Of a stretch of 64,000 nt of DNA, positions 26,795-38,836 are shown piece by piece. The position numbers and the translations under genes were made by a program. Below the pieces are notes generated by a model. The model made no database searches and was not told where the DNA came from. It saw only the letters and a list, made by a program, of their open reading frames with translations. Source of the DNA: Octopus bimaculoides (lineage: Eukaryota); assembly GCF_001194135.2 (NCBI RefSeq), contig NC_068984.1, positions 20,617,526-20,681,525 of the forward strand, read 5' to 3'. Each line of letters begins with the position of its first letter. The first letter of the stretch is position 1.

Positions 26795-29039
26795 ATAAGA
26801 AAGGAGAACAAGATGTGTGTGTGTGGGGGGGGAAGGGGTGAGAGTACACTAGAAAAATTAGGAAAGGAAGTAGAGCAATTTACAAAAATGATGATGATGA
26901 TGATGATGATGATGATGGGGGTGGGGGNNNNNNNNNNGTGTGGGGGGGGAAGGGGTGAGAGTACACTAGAAAAATTAGGAAAGGAAGTAGAGCAATTTAC
27001 AAAAATGATGATGATGATGATGATGATGATGATGGGGGTGGGGGTGCTGTTCCTGTTGCTGGTGGTAATGAGGCGCAGAAGCAGCCTGCCTTGGCTGGCA
27101 GCAGAGAGGGGTGAGGTAGAGATGGGAGACGAGGGAAGTAAAGGGGGGGATGTATGGTGATGATGGCAGTGAGGTAAAAGAGAGCAAGAAAGAGAGAGAG
27201 ATAGCTAGATGGATAGAGAGAGAGAGAGAGAGAGAGAGCGAAAATGCTATGGTAGTTTTATGGAAGCTTATTTATACTCTCTAGGCCAAACAGCTGGCCT
27301 AACAGGAAATGGTGGAGGCAGAGGTGATGATGGTACTGGAGATGAAGATGGTAGTGGGGGAGGTTAAGTCTACACAGGGACACACACACACACCCACACC
27401 CACCCAACAACAACATACACACATATGAACATACCCATACATATGCTTGAAAATACAGTCCCAGAAACATACCCATGCACATATACTATCCCTCTGCCTG
27501 CTATGTTCCTAGTACTTTTCCTCCTCCCCTACTCACTTTTTCTAATAGATCTCCTCCTCCCGTACCTCTCATTCCAAACATTACTCTCCCCTTCCAACAT
27601 TAGTATGATCAAAAGGGAGTCCAGGGGGATTGACATATATATGTGTATGTATGTATGTGTGTGTGTGTGTTACATATATATATATATTTGCTTATATTTG
27701 TATTCATGTATGTATGTATTACACACAGACACACTAAATTGGCAGTTGTTAGAGCAGCATATAAAATGCCATGGAATATATTTTCTGGCTCTCAGTATCC
27801 CCGAGTTCAAATCACACTAAAGTCAACATTTGTCTTTCTTTCAAAACTGATAAGCAAACTACCAGTTACATGTACACAGATATAGTAGAGTTCTGAGCAG
27901 TGTCTTCATTGAGGAGGCAGATTCATGCTGAAACACTGGTGTCTGAGAGTCCACTACATAACTGAAGAGTGAGTCATCAGCACACATCACCTACAAGGAG
28001 AAGTTGTTCTACAAGGATGAAATTCAACAGCAAATAATATATTCATGTCCCTGTTTTCTGACTTGATCTGTAATAAAGAGAAGCCAAACACTTCAAATCA
28101 CATCTTTACTACTGCAGAAACAGAGAGGTCTCACAGTAGATAATGTAGCTCTACACGCTACTTAAAAGACAAGATGATCATAGCTGGAATAACTTTTATC
28201 ATAAGTCTGCTCAGATAGAACTGACTTGGAGCTATACAACAGCGACGGCTGGTGCCAGCAATAAATCTGGTAGTCATTCTATTGGTCACTTGTTGCTGAA
28301 CTGCTCAGTTACAGGGGCATAAACAAAACCAATACCAGTTGTCAAACAGTGAGAGACACACCAACACAAAGTTGCACACACACCCCCACACAAAAGTATA
28401 TTGCAGGGTAACAGTCTGGAGAAGTATGCAATAAAGATATAATGTGCAGTAGTGTATTTAGGCTAGTCTAGTTGCTTGTTACTGTGAACCAGTGTATTAT
28501 CATCATCATCATCATCATTGTTGTTTAAAACTTTGATTTGGCTCCAGAGTTTCATAGGGTTGTCACAGATACCTAATTCATCAGACACAGGTGGCCAAAT
28601 GGGGCAATGTAGGAAGTACAAGATGGCAACTGGAATTCAGGCTGCTATTGGTCAAGGCAAGTTACATGGTCTTGTTAGAAATAATACGGAGACTTCAGCA
28701 ACATCAAATACATCAAAATAAAAATCCCAATCTGAATTTATGTACACATACATATATACATATCCTTACACAACTAGACTCAACACTACCTAACCATGTT
28801 CTTATATTTCATCTTTCACAATCAATTTATGAATATCTGATTGAGTTATGCGACACAGACTCAATGTGGTGTGATAGGTAAATTGTCATCATTTGATATT
28901 TCTAATTTTGTGCATGAGCATTGTTTGTCTTTGATTTTGTTGACTACACAGCATAAGTAGGATCAGTTCAGCATTGTCTGAGAAGAACAGCACCATGAAG
29001 TAATTCACTATCAGAAATTTGGAAACAATATGGTGTACT

Positions 29040-29620
29040 GCTTGGCATTTGTGCTGGAAGCTCCAATACAGACATTTCAAAGTTTGGGTGTCAATCTGAG
29101 GACATGTACCGAGAGTGATAAAAATCAAACATCCAATGAACATCAGGGTGTTTGGAGTGATCGTTAACAATGGCGACGTTATGCCTCCATTCATCTTCCC
29201 ACACAAGCTCAGGCTCAACATGGAGGCCTACATCAAGTGCTTGGAAGAGGTAGTGCTGCCCTGGGCCAAGAGGGTGGCTGCTGGAAGACCCTTTGTCTGG
29301 CAACAAGACTCTGCATGATGCCACACAAGCAAGAGAATACAGTCATGGCTGTCAGACAATTTGTGCGACCACATCACCCCTAGCAACCCCCTTATTATGT
29401 GTGGGGCGCAGGTGAGGTAGACACCAACAAAACTCCTTGTAATACCAAAGATGAACTGAAGGCAAGGATTATGGCAGCATTTCCAGAAGAGTTGCATGAG
29501 ATTCCGAAGTCATCTGGAGGCTGTGTAAATTTACTTTCAAGATATTTTTAGATAATTTTGGCAAATAATCTGTTAAAATGAGATGATCAGTGATATTTTC
29601 AATTTTATGTAATTTAGATG
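29040..29620 (+). mobile_element. Degenerate Tc1/mariner-superfamily transposase relic (pseudogenised)
   Basis: Reads KIKHPMNIRVFGVIVNNGDVMPPFIFPHKLRLNMEAYIKCLEEVVLPWAKRVAAGRPFVWQQDSA*CHTSKRIQSWLSDNLCDHITP, then VWGA...TNKTPCNTKDELKARIMAAF. It has the second catalytic Asp motif (QQDSA), an in-frame stop at 29316-29318 and no WPPNSPD motif. Confidence 0.9.
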
Positions 29621-29634
29621 TACATATATATATA

Positions 29635-29994
29635 TTCTTTTATTCATTTCAGCCATTTGACTGCGGCCATGCTGGAGCACGGCTTTTAGTTGAACAAATT
29701 GACCCCAGGAATCATGCTTTGTAAGCTTAGTACTTATTCTATCAATGTCTTTTGNNNNNNNNNNNNNNNNNNNNNNNNNNNNNNNNNNNNNNNNNNNNNN
29801 NNNNNNNNNNNNNNNNNNNNNNNNNNNNNNNNNNNNNNNNNNNNNNNNNNNNNNNNNNNNNNNNNNNNNNNNNNNNNNNNNNNNNNNNNNNNNNNNNNNN
29901 NNNNNNNNNNNNNNNNNNNNNNNNNNNNNNNNNNNNAAACACATCAATATCGGTTGTCAAGCAATGCTGGGGGAACAAACACAGACACAAACAA

Positions 29995-30070
<76 letters not shown>

Positions 30071-30220
30071 AGAGAATGGGTTTCTTTTAGTATCTGTCTA
30101 CCAAATCCACTCACAAGGCTCTGGTAAGTCTGACACTTGCCCAAGGTGCCATGCAACAGGACTGAATCCAGAACCATGTGGTTGGGAAGCGAGCTTCTTA
30201 CCACACACCCACACCTGCAC
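29635..30220 (-). mobile_element. SINE family 1 with internal gap and expanded (TA)n(GA)n
   Basis: 3' body at 29635-29754, gap, then head ending near 30220. Confidence 0.85.
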
Positions 30221-31729
30221 TTATGTATATGATAACCAATAATAAATTTCACAATTTTGGCTAGGAAAAAAAGTCACAAACAATTTATGGTGGCCAGTAA
30301 TAAAGTCACAATTAATTTATGGGATCCAGACAAAACCCCTGTGACTTTTGGAACTGGATATGTATAGGGGTGACAGGTGACCAGTAGCAGTAGTTGACAT
30401 TACTGGAGGGTGGTTTCCATTGTTTGGCCCAAGGTTTGCTCTCATTGCAGAGATCTATTATGAAAGGTATCCCAGTATTTACCATCGGTCTTAAAAATTT
30501 TTTTTTTTTGAGATGGCAGGGTGTGATTTAAGAGAGATTTGACTGCTATTTCAAGCATGTCAAGCAGCCACACAAAGAATTCTTTGCTAGAGGGCAACTG
30601 CTACTTACTAGTGGCAAAAAAAAAAAAAAATAATAAGAGGAAACTAGTGAAAGCTATAAGTGACGATGGTGTGGGAATGTTTGTGATGGTGGTATTGGTG
30701 TAGTAGTAGTAGTAGTAGTAGTAGTGGGAGTTGAAAATTGTACAGTAGTATGAGAGATAAATAATAATGATGATGATGATGATGGGCAATAATAGTATGG
30801 ATGGTGATGGTAGTCCACTTTCTAGCATAGTAGTAGTAGTAGTAGTAGCAGCAACAGCAAAGGTAGTAGATAATATTTTTAGTGATGGTGCCTAAGAGTT
30901 GTGAATAGCAGAAATGGTGAGGTGGCATTGGAAGGTGGTGGTGGTGGTGGTGGTAGTAGTAGTAGTAGTAGCAACAGCAATAGTAACAAGTGATCTTGGT
31001 TGGGTTTTAAGATGTCTAAAAGCAGAGTGAGAGAAAGGGTATGGAAAGTCATGGTGGGGGATAGGGTTGAAAGTGTGGGAGGGAACAGGTAATCTTGTAG
31101 GAGGTTGTGGTGGTGATGTGAGACGGTGGGGGGTAGAGCAAGTAAACTTAAGCATGGAGGGTATTTGCCAAAAATAACTTCTTTCCTCTGCCTCTTTAAC
31201 CAAAGATTGACAGGAATGTGGAAGAAGTCAGTGTGGCTTAATTAGTGAGAGGTGCATGTGTGCATGTGTGTGTGTGTGTGAACAGTGAGAGAACAAAGCA
31301 GGTTCAATCCCATATGTGGAACATGTAAGATATTTATTTTAAAGTTATATTTTGAGAGAGAGAGCAGTCTTCTCAGGTCATGGAAACTACCCATTATTAG
31401 AAACTTTTTGCCTTATATATATATATTTTTTTAAATTTTAATATATCACATTGCTGAAGACTATCTTTGGATGTGGTTGAACATCGTTTTTAGCAATAAC
31501 TTACTATGGGCCATACTTCTACTATGTTTGGGGATTTTTTTGGGGGAATATCTCTTCCAAAAGTGTTTTTCTTTTCTTTTTGTTATGTGACCTCCAATAG
31601 TGGTGAGGTCAGTATGGAGAGAATAGCTACAAGACAAGTGCATTTCTAACCATCTCACAAAAAATTTCAAACCTTACTGCTATATAAAAGTACTCTGTGG
31701 ATCACAGACCAACGAGAGAGTCTCTATAT

Positions 31730-32316
31730 CAGTGCTTCTCAATTAGGGTCCGTAAAAGAATATGTTGATAAATTTATGTGCAATAAACTGGTTATACTTC
31801 TACAATGCGTGGAGGCGCAATGGCCCAGTAGTTAGGGCAGCGGACTCGTGGTCATAGTATCGCGGCTTCGATTCCCAGACCGGGCGTTGTGAGTGTTTAT
31901 TGAGCGAAAACACCTAAAGCTCCACGAGGCTCTGGCAGGGGATGGTGGCGAACCCTGCTGTACTCTTTCACCACAACTTTCTCTCACTCTTACTTCCTGT
32001 TTCTGTTGTGCCTGTAATTCAAAGGGTCAGCCTTGTCACACTGTGTCACGCTGAATATCCCAGAGAACTACATTAAGGGTACAAGTGTCTGTGAAGTGCT
32101 CAGCCACTTGCATGTTAATTTCACAAGCAGGCTGTTCTGTTGATCGGATCAACTGGAACCCTTGACGTCGTAAGCGACGGAGTGCCAACAACAACAACTT
32201 CTACAATGCACAAGATATTTTAACAATTTTTTAAAACATGGAATGTCTACAAGGATCCATCCAAATAAAATAGGAAATAAAGGGGTCCATAGGTAACAAT
32301 TGGTTAAGAATCACTG
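31730..32316. mobile_element. hAT (Charlie-like) MITE interrupted by the SINE at 31809-32196
   Basis: TIRs CAGTGCTTCTCAA ... TTAAGAATCACTG (11/13 complementary). Flanking 8-mers CTCTATAT / CTGCATAT. The internal sequence matches the reverse complement of the MITE at 2964-3220. Confidence 0.8.
31809..32196 (+). mobile_element. Full-length tRNA-derived SINE with (CAA)n tail and 13-bp TSD
   Basis: A-box-like TGGCCCAGTAGTTAGG, B-box-like GGCTTCGATTCCC and tail CCAACAACAACA. Perfect TSD ACTTCTACAATGC at 31796-31808 and 32197-32209. It resembles the octopus tRNA-derived SINEs (OR-type); the exact family is not verified. Confidence 0.9.
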
Positions 32317-32780
32317 CTGCATATGCTTGCTGAACCTGCTAGAAATAGCAATCAATTTTTCATCACATTACACCTGACTGGTTTACAGTAAATACATTGC
32401 TTGTAAGCTTTATAGCCTGGTAATTTCAATACAAGGTAATTAATCACATAGCAAACTGAAATAATAAGAGTAAATAGATCACTATATTCTTAATCTACAG
32501 AGTAAATATGTTGCATTTCATTAATAATGAAAAAGAAAGTCAATTACAAAATCCCACCCTACTATGATCTGAAAATTTTAAGAAATCTTGTAGAAGAAGC
32601 ACTTAAGAATTAGGATCTTTGTGGCTTTCGTCACTGTTTACAATTTTGTTCCAATGGTTTTCAAAATTTCGTATATGGATTAAGTTTTGTATAGTAACTA
32701 TGAAAATGAAATTCATTTTTTCTAAGAATCCATAATTAAAAAGTTTAGCCTTTAAAATTTGCAAAATTTGGGTATTTTAG

Positions 32781-32840
32781 CCAATCAGAAGCGAGTCTTT
32801 TACACATCGCCGTGGTGAAAAACTCTGTTTCCATAGTAAC
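32781..32840 (+). promoter_or_regulatory. CCAAT box plus RFX X-box-like motif
   Basis: CCAATCAG at 32781. GTTTCCATAGTAAC at 32827-32840 fits the invertebrate X-box consensus GTHNYY-AT-RRNAAC. This is a motif match only. Confidence 0.3.
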
Positions 32841-33320
32841 CAAAGATGCTGTGCATATGCACAAAGAGGAGATATGAGAAAGATAATCTACTATAATAAT
32901 ACTCATGTTTTTCTCCGTCACAACATATGAATGAGAAAGAAAGGAAGAGGTGATGGCAAACTGGTAGCAGGAGGTTTCATGTGTGTGTATGTAAAAATAT
33001 GTGTGTGTATGTAAAAGTAGGTATGTGAATGTGTGTGTGCAATGGAAGTGGGATGGTGAACAGTCAACTCCACTGTCCCCACTTGTATCTCAGTAATTTT
33101 CAGAGAAATGCAAATACAAACATACCATGATGGGCTTCTTTTAGTTTCTGTCCACCAAATCCACTTGCAAAGTTTTAGCTGACCCATGGTTATAGTAGCT
33201 TACCCTTGCCCAAAGTGCAGTGCAGTAGAACTGAATCCAAAAATTGGATGTTAAAATAATGATTATAATGATAATGGTATACATTATATCAGATTGAGGT
33301 TAATATTCTAGAGCTAATTT

Positions 33321-33499
33321 ATAAGGCAGTGAGCTGGCAGAATTATTAACACAGCAGGCAAAATGTTCAGCAGTTCAGATTTTGCTTTCCATCCTTTCAG
33401 GGTCAATAAATAAAGTACCATTTGAGCACTGGGGTTGATGTAACTGACTTTTTTAACCCCTTCCTTGAACTAACTGGCCTTGTGCCAAAATCGGAAACC
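33321..33499 (+). mobile_element. SINE-like family 2 with 19-bp TSD
   Basis: Flanks AATATTCTAGAGCTAATTT (33302-33320) and AATATTTTAGAGCTAATTT (33500-33518). Further diverged copies lie at about 14290-14480(-), 20070-20270(-), 37380-37570(+), 47110-47300(+) and 53930-54300. Confidence 0.8.
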
Positions 33500-33839
33500 A
33501 ATATTTTAGAGCTAATTTTAAAAATAATGAAACGTTTAGTGTTGGAATGACTTTATATTGAGAGTAGAGACAAATTTATTGTAAAGTTCCTGACTGGAAC
33601 TTCAAATATTCTGCCCAATGGTTTATTCAACCAGCCAAAGATGCTGTTAGGTAAAAACTGAAGTCCCAGTACCCAGTCCATATGAATTTTACAACACACA
33701 CACATACATACAGAACCAACTACTGGAATTAATAGTGGGAGGGAAGATAAGTGACTTGAAAGTGACTGAGGGGGGAAAAAAAAAAGAAGGATGTAAATGC
33801 AAATATAAATAAAGTGGTCTAGGAGATAAGGGGTGGTGT

Positions 33840-33925
<86 letters not shown>

Positions 33926-34891
33926 ATAGAAAGAGAAAGATGAACAACTTTCATTCTCAGTGGTAACCTAGTAACACAAGAGGTGTAACAATGTGTGTGT
34001 ATATGTATGTAGGTCTTAACAACAGTGTGTGTATGTCCTTTAGCAACTGACCAATTACAAGATAACTAGCACACATTGGCAGTAGCATTTAGACACATGA
34101 CTATTAAATACTGTTTGTTTATTTTTGCTTTATTCTTGTTCCTGTTCTGTGTGTATCTCTCTCCCTCTCTCTCTTCCCCCTCTTTTTGTAATCCATGGAA
34201 GTTAGTGTTTCCCATCAGCAAGGCATCATTTAAACAAATTTTGCATTTCAAAAACCTGACAGACATATGGGACAACCTCATAAAGACCGGTGTGGATGTA
34301 GGTTAAGTTTTCGTTAATTTTTGGCAGTGCAGACCCTGGCAGAAGTAACTCATTATATAAAGAGATAAAGGGTAGCATGTGCAGGGTAGGTGCACAAACT
34401 TTTGGTTTAGCCTTGTTTCTCTTCTGTGCATGCGTCTTTTCTCTCTTTATGTAATAATCCATGGAATTAAGTAAGCAGCAATTAAACAAGCTCTCATTAT
34501 CATCATCATTGTTTTAATGTCCACTTTTTCATGTTTGCATAGGCTGGACAGAATTTATTGAAGCAGATCTACTATTAGAACTTTTATCATTCTTTCACTG
34601 GTTCTACTCAATGTATTTTGCCCTAAGCAATGTCAGGACACTACTTTTAAACGTACTTTGTCTTTACTTTGTTGATTGTCTCACATTGACCAAAGTTAAA
34701 AGGCTTTGGTCATTTGGTCAGCATAAAGAATGAACAGTGGAACTGAACCCAAAGCCATAAGTTTGTAAATTGGACTTCCCAATCACACAACCATAACTGT
34801 GCCCTTGCATAAATTTGAGATCGCATGTTATGAATACTGAAAGAAAGAAGATAAAAAAAATGAAAATATATAATGAGAGATTTATACTTAC

Positions 34892-35096
34892 ATTAGCATC
34901 TACGATCCTTTCTCCATAAATAATGTAATCGTTATGTAAGTCCACCTCCCTTCCACTGCCTCCACTACCATTGCTCACAGTTGGAATTGTTTTTAGGCAA
35001 ACATAACTGAGGCCCCCTCCATTGAGCGGCACCCACCCCCCACTAGAGTCATCTCTTGTCATGACCTGTGCCCTAACTCGCACAAGGTGGTCACCA
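34892..35096 (-). CDS. SPRED: Internal coding exon of a Sprouty-related EVH1-domain protein (SPRED), N-terminal half of EVH1; likely equivalent to vertebrate exon 2
   Basis: The exon translates as (xxT)GDHLVRVRAQVMTRDDSSGGWVPLNGGGLSYVCLKTIPTVSNGSGGSGREVDLHNDYIIYGERIVDAN. RVRAxVMTRDDSSGGWxPxxGGGLS and IxGER are SPRED signature motifs. On the minus strand there is a polypyrimidine tract plus GCAG acceptor (AG at 35098-35097) and an AAT|GTAAGT donor (GT at 34891-34890). The phases are 2 at the start and 0 at the end. The ORF track entry 34718-35083 runs through this donor into intron. Confidence 0.95.
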
Positions 35097-36534
35097 CTGC
35101 AAAAGAAAGAAAAAAGAAAACAGTAAATAACATTTGTAATTTAAGTAGGTTAAAAAGAATAAAGTTTATAAAGTAAATGGAAAAAAAAACTACAAAGAAA
35201 AAATAAAAGTTAAGTTGTTGATGTTGTTTAGTCACAGAGAAGACATGGTTGACCAAACACATGATTAAAAGCATTCCAGATGTGACCATCTAGCCTTATT
35301 TTTATTCTTATTTTTTTTTCAGACTGAATCTAGGACTGCAATATCCAAAGTATCTTACTTTCTAAAAGACAGTGAGGAGTGCTGCAGGGGACATTTGTAG
35401 CTGCATTAAGTTTAAATAAAGGAACAAAGTGATAGATTTAAAAATAAGGCCAAATGGGACTGTGTAATATTCATGCCCTACCAATCCAAAGGATATTAAT
35501 GGTGTAACTGAAGGTAAATGGTTCAATAGGAAATTGAGCCAGTGTACAAGCCATACAGGAAACCTCTACATGGTCTCTCAACATGCAAGGAATGCATATG
35601 AGATGGATTGGTTGATCATGACATGAATGTTTTTGATCACAGATCTACTCAGAGATGATCAGGGCCTAAACAACAACAATAAAAGCAACAAGGTATATAT
35701 AACCACAGCTGCAAAGATGGACAATACACAGATATTTCCAATGCTTTACTGTTCATTTGGTTCCAAGTAGATATCATACAACTGTTTCTGAAACACAAGT
35801 ATCAGAACTGATTTGTTTTTGTTTCAGCAAAGGGAGATAACTGCACTGCACCCACCTGTAGGTGGAACCTCATTGGTCTGTTGTGCATCCTGCAAAAATT
35901 AGCAGCCAGACAGTCTCAAATCACACTACACATGTAGGAAGATCATGAAGCTGAAACAATTTTGATTATGTCAAATCCAATTCCACAAACTGAAGATCAA
36001 GTATGTTCCAGACTTATTGTCTTATCCAACTCATCTTTTTGTATATCTATGTGCCCTTCCTATTTTTAAGACAGTAGATTAGCAGTTTCAGAGGAAACTT
36101 GGTTGATAATAAAAAAAATTCAAGCCAAGAAACTAAGCAGAAGCTTTCTTATTTCCAAGAAATGTAGAATGGAAAGAGAAGTTTTCCATTGAACCAATTC
36201 CATAATCCAGTTTTAATTCCTGATTTCAGCACCCTCATCTCTCTCTCCCCCACACTCTCCCCCTCTCTCTCTAAACATACACACATGTATGTATATGTGT
36301 ATATATATGTATGTATGTCATCAGCATCATGTACACACACACACACACACACAAACATAATTTTATGAGAAAAAGCATGAACATTATATCTTCCCAGCTC
36401 TCCACTCCTGCTGAATTCAAAAGAGATAATCCCCTCATTAATAGATGGTACTAATTACAAACAATCAAAAAGTTGATAATTGATTATTTATTTCACAAAG
36501 TTGTTTTTGTTATTGCTGTATGATAATGGCTGTT

Positions 36535-36592
36535 GGTGGCTGTAGTGGTGAGGGTGGCTGTAGTGGTAAGGGTGGCTGTAGTGGTGAGGGTG
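36535..36592. repeat. 18-bp tandem repeat x3
   Basis: GGTGGCTGTAGTGGT(G/A)AG three times. Confidence 0.9.
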
Positions 36593-36840
36593 CTAAAAAC
36601 GAGGCAGTACATAACTAATTATAACAAAAGGGAAGCTCAATGAAAGAGCATGTGAGAACACGCACACGCACACAAACTTTCATATATATATATTGTAAAA
36701 GCTGGTGTTGGTGGTAATAAATGTGGTGATTTATGATGATGATGATGATGAAGAAGACAAATGTAGTTAGGCAGCCTGATCATGAGAGCTGGTAGGCAAC
36801 AATAACAACAATTAGTGATGTCCTTTCCAAATGTAGCAAC

Positions 36841-37275
36841 ATCGTCGTCGTCGTTTAACGTCCGCTTTCCATGCTAGCATGGGTTGGACGATTTGACTGA
36901 GGACTGGTGAAACCAGATGGCTACACCAGGCTGCAATCTGATTTGGCAGAGTTTCTACAGCTGGATGCCCTTCCTAACGCCAACCACTCAGAGAGTGTAG
37001 TGGGTGCTTTTACGTGTCACCCGCACGAAGGCCAGTCAGGCGGTACTGGCAACGGCCACGCTCATCTCGCTCGAGAAACCTCATGTGTCACCCACACAAG
37101 AGCCAGTCCAGGGGCACCGGCAACGATCTCGCTTGAAAATCCTACAACAACCCCACACAAGAGCCAGTTCAGGGGCACCAGCAACGATCTCGCTCAAAGA
37201 AATTTCATGTGTCACCCGCACAAGAGCCAGTCCAGGGGCACTGGCAACGATCTCGCTCGAAAACCCTCATGTGTC
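36841..37275 (-). mobile_element. RTE-type 3' UTR with internal about 60-bp tandem repeat
   Basis: Reverse-orientation RTE tail (36841-37010) followed by four imperfect units of TGTCACCCGCACAAGAGCCAGTCCAGGGGCACCGGCAACGATCTCGCTCGAAAACCTCATG. Confidence 0.85.
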
Positions 37276-37900
37276 AAATTACATATATCACACTCATAAC
37301 AGTTAATCTTCCTTACATGCACAAGCCCCTCCCACCACACATACACACTCTGCATAGGTAGAATATTATTATTTTTATCAAGGCAGTAAGCTGGACAAAA
37401 TGCTTAGTGCGATTTCATCCAGTTTCTTACAGTCTGAGTTCAAATTCTGCCAAGGTTGACTTTGCTGTTTGTCCTTTGAAAATAAAATACTAGTGAAGTA
37501 CTAGGATTGATGTAATTGACAAACTCCCTCCTCCATATATCAGGCCTTGTACCTATATTACAAACCATTATTATTAGTATTCTACTGAGGCTGACTTTAT
37601 TGAAATGAGAGAGCATCTGTACAGTTCCTTCGCTTGGTTTATTTGTAATAGCAATCAATCATATGACATTCTCTTTCCAGTTTGTCTGAACAGGTGACGT
37701 GATCAACCATCCTAACAGACTCCTAAGTATTCACTTCTGACTCTAATGACAGTTTATATATGAGACTGAGAAGTAGGGGTTGATCAGACACACTGCCATA
37801 CTTTGCAAGCACTGATGATGATCTAAATAGTGTGACAGCATCAGATAACTAAACATAAAAATTAGTGTCCAGTAAAACACCATCAACTGATTTTGATTCA

Positions 37901-37990
37901 GAGCCTGGTGTAGCCATCTGGTTTCACCAGTCCTCAGTCAAATCGTCCAACCCATGCTAGCATGGAAAGCAGATGTTAAACGACGATGAT
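37901..37990 (+). mobile_element. Short RTE 3' tail fragment
   Basis: GAGCCTGGTGTAGCC...GTTAAACGACGATGAT. Other diverged tails lie at about 9241-9420(-), 44150-44300(+), 60908-61060(+) and 61130-61395(+). Confidence 0.85.
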
Positions 37991-38758
37991 AAAGTTGTAC
38001 ACCTTAGAGTTTATAGAAAAACAAAGAAAAATGCAATGCTGTGGTGTTCATGAGGTTATGTAAGTGATGAAGTAGTGTAAGTTAAGAATGCTGATTGCAT
38101 TAACAAAGAACTGAGGCATGGGTGAGGGCATAACTTACTCTATGAGTGTCATAGAAAAATTAAAACTACCGTAAACCCAACATAGAAAGAGTACTTAATA
38201 TGAGAGTAGGGAAATAGCAACATAGAGTATGGAAATCACCCTCATTTTCCATTATTCAATGTTCACTCTTCCATGCTTGCATGGATAAGCCCAAATTTGT
38301 CAAAGCTTTTTTAGATGGCCAAATGCCCTTTTCTATCTCTAATCCTCACCTGTTTCCAAGCAAGGTAACATTTCCCTATGGCCAGACATGTTTTTCAGGG
38401 GAGACTCGAAATGAACAACTTTGCTTGGATGATAATGATGCTCATTTACAACCATCGCAGGATGTCAAGACAAGGACACACACAAATACATGCCCTCACA
38501 CACACACACACATATATGGTTACAACTAGCTTCTTCTAGTTTCTGATTTTCAAATCCACTTACAAGGCTTTATTTGGCCTGGGGCCAGAGCAGAAGACAC
38601 TAGCCCAAGATGCTACAGAATAGGAATTGAACCTAGGACCACATAGTTTGAAAGCTAGCTTCTTAACCACACAATCACACCTATTTATATTTATAGAAGC
38701 ACAGTAGATAAACCATAGTTGCAGTATTTATATTGGGAGTGAGGGGAACTAGATGCAA

Positions 38759-38836
38759 GCTTGTAAGTATAGAAATTGTAATAGACCTTTGGCTGAAGCT
38801 TGTAAGCATAGAAATTGTAATAGCCCTTTGTCTGAA
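38759..38836. repeat. 39-bp tandem duplication
   Basis: GCTTGTAAG(T/C)ATAGAAATTGTAATAG(A/C)CCTTTG(G/T)CTGAA twice. Confidence 0.9.

Noticed and set aside
26813-27040. About 115-bp direct duplication encoding poly-Met peptides
   Set aside because: Identical copies flank a 10-N gap, typical of overlapping contig ends; the same applies at 57100-57190 and around 55677-55978.
27870-28000. Non-repetitive minus-strand frame VMCADDSLFSYVVDSQTPVFQHESASSMK with AG/GT-like ends
   Set aside because: No recognisable homology, and such short frames are expected by chance; it needs RNA-seq support.
31809-31890. Possible tRNA gene
   Set aside because: The A/B boxes continue into a SINE body with a (CAA)n tail and TSD; no complete cloverleaf acceptor stem or terminator was seen.
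34226-34489. Minus-strand ORF just downstream of the SPRED exon as possible exon 3
   Set aside because: It has no EVH1 second-half motifs (FHHW, FGLTF, ADARAF) in any frame, and its splice sites are weak.
37014-37275. CRISPR-like appearance of spaced about 37-bp conserved cores
   Set aside because: The inter-core segments are related to each other, so this is a tandem repeat. It is attached to an RTE tail, the context is eukaryotic and there are no cas genes.
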